From a candidate division WOR-3 bacterium (GTDB taxonomy: Bacteria > Hydrothermota > Hydrothermia > B15-G9 > WFZT01): a DNA stretch of 53,036 bases. A model generated the notes under the pieces. It saw nothing but the letters and a program-made list of their open reading frames with translations, made no database searches and was not told where the DNA came from. Made by a program: the position numbers and the translations under genes. The stretch spans positions 1 to 53,036 of the forward strand of contig JALUEE010000030.1 in NCBI GenBank assembly GCA_027053075.1, written 5' to 3'. Below are positions 47,536 to 53,036 of this stretch, one piece after another. Position 1 is the first letter of the stretch. Every line of letters starts with the position of its first letter.

Positions 47536-49053
47536 ATGAAACGCAAAGACACCCTGAAAGAGGTTCTTAGCCTTGTACTAATTGTGGTTATCATGGTCGT
47601 CCTGAACTTCATCTTTACCCGGGTTCTCGTGCGAGTGGACCTCACTCAAAACAAGATATACTCCCTATCTGATGCTTCCCAAAAGGCTGTTGAAAACCTG
47701 AATGACATCATGATAGTAAAGGTCTATATGAGTGAGAAACTCCCCCCCACTCTGATGCCAATCAGAGAAAGAGTTGCTGACCTCCTCGACGAGTACAGGG
47801 CTTATTCTCACGGGAATTTGAGAATCGAATTCATAGACCCGGCAAAGGATAAGAAGGTCCAGGACGAAGTGAGAATGCTCGGAATTCCGGCTGTCGAGAT
47901 GAATATACTGCAAAAGGACAGACTTCAGGTGGTGAAAGGATACCTTGGACTTGCCATTTTCTATCTAAACAAGCACGAAGTGATTCCTGTAATTCAGAAC
48001 ACTGATGACCTGGAATACCAGATTACATCGAGGATTTTGAAACTAACCCAGAACAGAGAGCGCGTGGTGGGCTTCTTAGTAAAAGGTGGTGACCACGACC
48101 TCAATGGAGATTATGAAACTCTGAGAAAGAGAGTCGCAGATGAATTCAAAATCGTGGAGATCGATTCAACCATCCCGGATTCACTTGATGTGCTTGTCGT
48201 TGCTGGAATTTCAAAGCTCGACACCTCAACCCTTTACCGGATTGACCAGTACATTATGCACGGTGGTAAGGCTATTCTCCTCATTGATGGCGTGGATGTC
48301 CAGGGACTCAATGCAAGGGCTGTCCCCGAAGCCAAGCTAAACCTTATGAAATACGGTGTGAAGGTGGAGCCAAATCTTGTGCTTGACGTATCAAATGAAA
48401 TGGCGCCCTTCAGCACAGGCGTGATGAGGTTTATTGTTCCATATCCTCTCTGGGTCAAGGTGAGAAACTTTAATCCCGACAATCCAATTGTGAGCAAGCT
48501 AAACTCACTTGTACTCCCATGGACAAGCTCCATTACACCCCTTAAAGATTCAACCGCAAAGTACAGAGTTACCATACTTGCAAAGAGCACCAAACTCAGC
48601 TGGGAAGAGAGGGGATTTTTCCTTCTTGCCCCGGATTATTTGAAGAGACCCGCAAAAAATAGACTCAAACAATTCGACCTCATTGCCCTTGTCCAAGGTC
48701 AAATTCCCTCTGCTTTTGGAGACAAAGCACCCAGTGGGTTTGACCAGAAAAAGCATAAGAGTCTGAGCGATTCGACCTTTGTGATAGTCATGGGAGACTC
48801 TAAATTCCTTGAGAATCCATTTGCCGGGAGTTTCAAGGAAAACCTCGTTTTCTTCATGAATGCCCTCGACTATCTCAGTCTGGGTAGTGAGCTCATCAAC
48901 GTCAGGACAAAGGTGCTGACAGAGAGGCCAATAAAGCAGGTAAGCGATACCACCAAGGCGATGATCAGGCTTATCAATATAGTGCTGATGCCACTTCTGG
49001 TCATCATTTTCGGGCTCGTAAGATACTCAATAAGGAGAAAGAGAAGGAGGTAA
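47536..49053 (+). CDS. GldG-family ABC auxiliary component
   Basis: DLT..K.YSLS..S, FIDP, LEY.I, IDQY.M.GG, N..F..N..DYL; TMs at both ends. Confidence 0.9.
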   Translation: MKRKDTLKEVLSLVLIVVIMVVLNFIFTRVLVRVDLTQNKIYSLSDASQKAVENLNDIMIVKVYMSEKLPPTLMPIRERVADLLDEYRAYSHGNLRIEFIDPAKDKKVQDEVRMLGIPAVEMNILQKDRLQVVKGYLGLAIFYLNKHEVIPVIQNTDDLEYQITSRILKLTQNRERVVGFLVKGGDHDLNGDYETLRKRVADEFKIVEIDSTIPDSLDVLVVAGISKLDTSTLYRIDQYIMHGGKAILLIDGVDVQGLNARAVPEAKLNLMKYGVKVEPNLVLDVSNEMAPFSTGVMRFIVPYPLWVKVRNFNPDNPIVSKLNSLVLPWTSSITPLKDSTAKYRVTILAKSTKLSWEERGFFLLAPDYLKRPAKNRLKQFDLIALVQGQIPSAFGDKAPSGFDQKKHKSLSDSTFVIVMGDSKFLENPFAGSFKENLVFFMNALDYLSLGSELINVRTKVLTERPIKQVSDTTKAMIRLINIVLMPLLVIIFGLVRYSIRRKRRR

Positions 49054-49056
49054 GTC

Positions 49057-50004
49057 ATGAAAAAATTGATAATTCTCGCAGCAATTCTGGTTGTGCTTGT
49101 AATTGTTGCTATAGTTGCTCAGAAAAGCTGGAAGTCAAAAATTTCTTACAAGGAAAATTCACCCATTCCGCAAAATGTTACTGAAGATATGATAACAAGG
49201 ATCGTGGTGATCAACGGCAAGGACACCGTCGATGTTCGAAAAATCAACGGGAAATGGTTTGTCATGGTAAACGGAGAGCCCAAAGAGGCAAGCCAGTACA
49301 TGATAGAGAAGAGATTAAAAATACTTGTTAATCTCAAGGGGGAGGTGGTTTCGAAAAACCCGGCCAACTTTGAAAAGTTTGGTGTCACTGAGAATGCTCA
49401 GAAGGTTATCGCATACAGTGGAAACAAAAAACTTGTTGAGCTTTATCTTGGGAATTCAGGTCCAAGTTTTATGGACACCTACGTGCGGAATCCAGAGATG
49501 AAAGAGGTTTTTCTTGTAAAGGAGTATCTAAAGAGTCCCTTTACATCACGGGTGATCGGCTGGAGAGAAAGAGTTATTTTCAGATTCAAGCCCGACAGCA
49601 TAGTGAGATTTGCGTATATTCATGGAAAAGATACGATTGTTGCAGAGAGAAAGGATAGCGCGTGGGTATTTAATGGTGGAAAAGGTGACACGATAGCTCT
49701 TAAGGGAGCGCTAAACTCCATTCGTACACTTTCAGCAATGGATTTTGAGGACACACTTTCGCTGAAAGAGGCGGGGCTTGAGCCACCAAAGGAGATTTTC
49801 GAAATAACCCTGAAGGATGGCTCTACCTATCGCCTATTTGTGGGGAAAAAGAGGGATAAGAATACGGTTTACGTGAAGAGGGAAGACAAAGATCAGATTT
49901 ATGTGATCTCCAACTATCTGGTTACAAAATTCAGGCGCGCCTTTGGGGTAAAGGAGACAAAAAGGAAGAAATTTTCAAGGAAAAAGGCGAAAAAGAGAGC
50001 TTGA
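49057..50004 (+). CDS. DUF4340-like membrane-anchored protein
   Basis: N-terminal TM; repeated FG/GL...L..G....YVR/K...V..V units; follows the GldG-like gene. Confidence 0.8.
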   Translation: MKKLIILAAILVVLVIVAIVAQKSWKSKISYKENSPIPQNVTEDMITRIVVINGKDTVDVRKINGKWFVMVNGEPKEASQYMIEKRLKILVNLKGEVVSKNPANFEKFGVTENAQKVIAYSGNKKLVELYLGNSGPSFMDTYVRNPEMKEVFLVKEYLKSPFTSRVIGWRERVIFRFKPDSIVRFAYIHGKDTIVAERKDSAWVFNGGKGDTIALKGALNSIRTLSAMDFEDTLSLKEAGLEPPKEIFEITLKDGSTYRLFVGKKRDKNTVYVKREDKDQIYVISNYLVTKFRRAFGVKETKRKKFSRKKAKKRA

Positions 50005-50029
50005 CAGGTAGTCTGGAGATTGGTAAAAT
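50001..50029 (+). promoter_or_regulatory. Sigma70 promoter of tRNA-Asp
   Basis: TTGACA-17-TAAAAT with extended TG. Confidence 0.75.
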
Positions 50030-50044
50030 AATGAGCACACTGGC

Positions 50045-50122
50045 GGGGCTGTAGTTCAGCCTGGTTAGAACGCCGGCCTGTCACGCCGGAGGTCGCGAGT
50101 TCAAATCTCGTCAGCCCCGCCA
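50045..50122 (+). tRNA. tRNA-Asp(GTC)
   Basis: Acceptor stem GGGGCTG/CAGCCCC, anticodon arm CCGGC-CTGTCAC-GCCGG, TTCAAAT T-loop, encoded GCCA. Confidence 0.98.
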
Positions 50123-50149
50123 TAATTTTTATAAGAGGTGAACGAAATC

Positions 50150-50973
50150 ATGGGGCCAAAAAACTAAATATCGCCATCATCGGAGCCGGGAAGATCGGCT
50201 CAGCCATAGCCATTTCCCTCTATCAACACTACAACGTCATCGCCACCAGAAGAAGGAAGATAAAAGACAACCTCATAAACGGCACAATCCCTGTAACTCG
50301 AGACAATAAAGAAGCTGTCGCCGGCGCAGATGTTATCATACTCACCGTCAAGCCCGGTCAGGTTGTCAGGGTTTTAAAGGACATTAAGGACGAATCTGCT
50401 GGGAAACCTGTAATATCATTTGCTGCTGCGATTCCCATTTCTATGCTAAAAAAGGCTTCACCTGAATCCCAGATTATACGAGCAATGACCAATATCGCAG
50501 TTATGGCACAGAGCAGCTATACTGTTTATTCATTTGACAGAGATGTAAGCGAAGAAAATAAAAAACTTGCTGTGGATATTTTTGAAAAATTTGGGGCCTC
50601 AAGAGAGGTCGACGAAAAATACATAGACGCTATGACAGCACTATCAGGGAGCGGCCCAGCTTATCTTTACACTGTGATCGAGGCTCTAACCTACGGTGGC
50701 TTGCTTATTGGTCTCCCCCGCGACATTGCCATGGAGGCTGTGGCTCATACATTCATTGGCACCGCAAAGCTCCTGCTTGCGAGCAAAGACCATCCTGCCG
50801 AGCTAAAAGATATGGTCGTCACTCCCGGAGGAGTCACCATAGAAGGTATTTACGAACTCGAAGATAGTAGGGTGAGAACCGCCATGATGAAGGCGATAAA
50901 TGCCGCCTACAAAAAATCCAAAGTCATTGCTGAGGAGATAAAGAAAGAAAGCGAGAAAGTCCTGGAGGACTAA
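50150..50973 (+). CDS. proC: Pyrroline-5-carboxylate reductase; start codon out of frame with the body (-1 shift needed at 50158-50164)
   Basis: Open frame from 50161: KLNIAIIGAGKIG...ADVIILTVKP...ALSGSGPAY...VVTPGGVT; the SD-preceded ATG at 50150 reads MGPKN-stop. Confidence 0.85.
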
Positions 50974-50974
50974 A

Positions 50975-51763
50975 ATGCCTGAACTCCCGGACCTCGAAGT
51001 GTTGAAAGTTTTTCTGAATCAGAACTTTGCAGGAGAGAAAATCGTAGGGGTTGAACTTAAAGGGGAATCTTTCCTGAAAACCAAATTTTTCCCACCTGAA
51101 GTTTTTAAAAACTCGACTCTGGAGAGAATAAATAGGCGGGGAAAACTGCTTATTTTCGAGGCAGACAATGGTTTCAAACTCGTATTCCACCCCATGCTTA
51201 GAGGTTGGGTGAAAGAGGATGCGGGTGAGATTTTCACTTTTAAATTTGAGGGTGGAAAAGTGCTCGGAATTTATGAAGTTGAGCCTGTGAAGCTTCTGCA
51301 GCTTTATATCGTAAAAAAACCAGAGAATCTACGAGTTCTAAAAAGCCTTGGGCCTGAGCCAATAGACAGTGGCTTTACAGCAGACTACCTGAAGAATGTG
51401 GCAGAGGGTTTTAAAGGAACCGTGAAAAAACTCATTACAACCCAGAAAATCGTGGCAGGGATCGGGAATGCTTATGCCGATGAAATTCTATGGGATGCGA
51501 GGATAAATCCATTTCGCAAGGTATCGCAGCTTAAATCAGAAGATTTTGAAAACCTTGTCTCATCCACAAAGAATGTGCTGAAAGAAGCCATAGAAGCAAT
51601 AAGCAGGGCTTCTCGAGGCAATATCCCTCCCTTTGAATTCCGTGAGCACATGAAAATTCACCGAAAAGAGGGCCAGCCATGCCCGCGCTGCGGCACCCCA
51701 ATCGAGGTGAAGTTTGAAAAGGAACGCGGAACCTGGTGGTGTCCCACATGCCAGAAGGAGTGA
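50975..51763 (+). CDS. mutM: Fpg/Nei-family DNA glycosylase
   Basis: MPELP, RRGK, LGPEP, AGIGNAYADEIL, C-terminal CPRC...CPTCQ zinc finger. Confidence 0.9.
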   Translation: MPELPDLEVLKVFLNQNFAGEKIVGVELKGESFLKTKFFPPEVFKNSTLERINRRGKLLIFEADNGFKLVFHPMLRGWVKEDAGEIFTFKFEGGKVLGIYEVEPVKLLQLYIVKKPENLRVLKSLGPEPIDSGFTADYLKNVAEGFKGTVKKLITTQKIVAGIGNAYADEILWDARINPFRKVSQLKSEDFENLVSSTKNVLKEAIEAISRASRGNIPPFEFREHMKIHRKEGQPCPRCGTPIEVKFEKERGTWWCPTCQKE

Positions 51764-52010
51764 ACAGAGGGAATTGATTGTGGAGCCTACTCTGGGATTG
51801 TTTATCGAAGGACAGATAGATAAAATTGATCAAGTAAATTTGGAATAAATCAGTTGTAACGAATCTGCTACTTATCTGGAGCACAAAGCTTGTGTAATAC
51901 ATGGGGGATTGTTGGAAGAATCTTTCAGTTGTACACCCCAGCCTTTGTCCACGAAGTACGGGCAGAGATTGATAAATGTTGATAGTAAGGTTAAAAGGGA
52001 ATCTCATGGA

Positions 52011-52041
52011 TTCCCCCGCAAGAAAATTTATGCAGGGGAGA
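52011..52041. repeat. Family-C imperfect hairpin
   Basis: TTCCCCCGCA-AGAAAATTTA-TGCAGGGGAGA; homologous to 10045-10079. Confidence 0.6.
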
Positions 52042-52305
52042 AATGTTCTTAACCCCTCATCAACAACCCTATATATTACAAACTCTCACTAACTGAAAGC
52101 TCAAAATCCCCTCCTTCCTTGAGGAAGACAACAATAATATTTGTCAAGATTGATAATAACAGTGTCATAAAATCTAATATTACTGATATCGTAAAATATT
52201 TTTACCACTGCTTTCCATTGCCTTTGTGATTTTTGACAATATTACCCCCCTCTCTAACCTGCTAACAAGCTGGACAAAATCTGAATTTTTTTCTTTCCTT
52301 CCCGC

Positions 52306-53036
52306 CTAAAATATGTTTATATCTATCTCTTCACTTTCCGTTGGACGTTGTGCCCTTGTCTCCACCCCCGCCATCTCCATCCTTCTCATCGCCATCTCTT
52401 CTCCCCTCCTTATACCTTCCATCGCCTTCTCCAAACTCCACTCCTCTCCGCTAACCGCTATCGCATACACTATCTCCGCTAATTTCCTCGCTACCGCCCC
52501 TCCCGCTGCCCTCTTGCTCTTACCACGCCTCAATAACCTCTCATAATACGCCCTTATCTGCGGATTCGTCCTCCTCGCACTCACACCCGCTAGCAAAAAT
52601 GCCATCTTCAACATCCTGTTCCCCTTGTTCGTCATCTTCCCCCTCCTTCGCATATCACCACTCTCCCACACCGTAGGATACAACCCACAATACCCCACAA
52701 ATTTCTTCTTGCTCCTGAACCTCCGCTTTATGTCCCCTGCCTCCGCTATTATCACTCCCGCTGTCACCCAGCCTATCCCCGGTATGCTCGTTATCTTGCA
52801 CTCCGAATAGTATTCCTCTACTATCTCCTTCACTTCCCTGTCTATCTCTTTTATCACTCCATTGATCTCCAATATCTGCCTCACTATCGTCTTTATTATC
52901 AGCATCTCTGCCTCTCTTAATTCCTGTATCGGTGCACTCCTCGCTACCTCTATTACCTTCCTGACTATGCTCCTCCTTATTTTCTGCCTCCCAACCTTAA
53001 TCTTCATTAATTCCTCTTCTCCAGCTCCCAGTATTA
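52306..53036 (-). mobile_element. IS110-family transposase, C-terminal part (truncated by the window edge)
   Basis: SIPGIG..TA..IIAE.GDI..RF.S...YCGL.P...SG, KGN..LK, AVARKL; DEDD domain presumably outside the window. Confidence 0.92.

Noticed and set aside
49914..50123. 69-aa minus-strand ORF (MAGLTRFELATSGVTGRRSNQ)
   Set aside because: This is the typical antisense shadow of the tRNA gene.
51531..52007. 158-aa minus-strand ORF
   Set aside because: It overlaps fpg in antisense, has atypical composition and shows no motif.
50045..52300. Integrative element at tRNA-Asp
   Set aside because: No integrase and no duplicated tRNA 3' end noticed; housekeeping genes follow directly.

Overview
Bacterial chromosomal segment. 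The secreted proteins with T9SS type-A-like C-termini and the general gene style suggest an FCB-related lineage such as WOR-3, but this is inference only. Left to right: (1) a minus-strand type I-B cas operon, cas8b-cas7-cas5-cas3-cas4-[85-aa unknown ORF]-cas1-cas2, with no cas6 and no CRISPR array in the window, bracketed by inverted composite palindromic elements; (2) a DUF4143 ATPase remnant, DUF2007 and a yitT-ERCC4 nuclease-NUDIX-nth-beta-propeller operon; (3) a heme operon, hemA::hemC fusion-hemD-hemB-radical SAM-hemL-hemE-hemH-hemY, lacking hemN, hemF and hemQ; (4) proS-rimP-nusA-infB-DUF503-ptsH-ptsI-PLD-degenerate phosphoesterase; (5) queF with a queuosine-precursor transporter; (6) two large secreted proteins; (7) a FadF-like Fe-S protein, BCCP and biotin carboxylase; (8) a GldA/F/G-like ABC system with DUF4340; (9) tRNA-Asp, a proC whose start codon is out of frame across an A_AAA_AAC slippery site, and fpg; (10) a partial IS110 transposase. 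Intergenic DNA is rich in families of perfect GC-rich hairpins and includes a ~125-bp MITE-like element. All family assignments come from motif recognition, not database searches.
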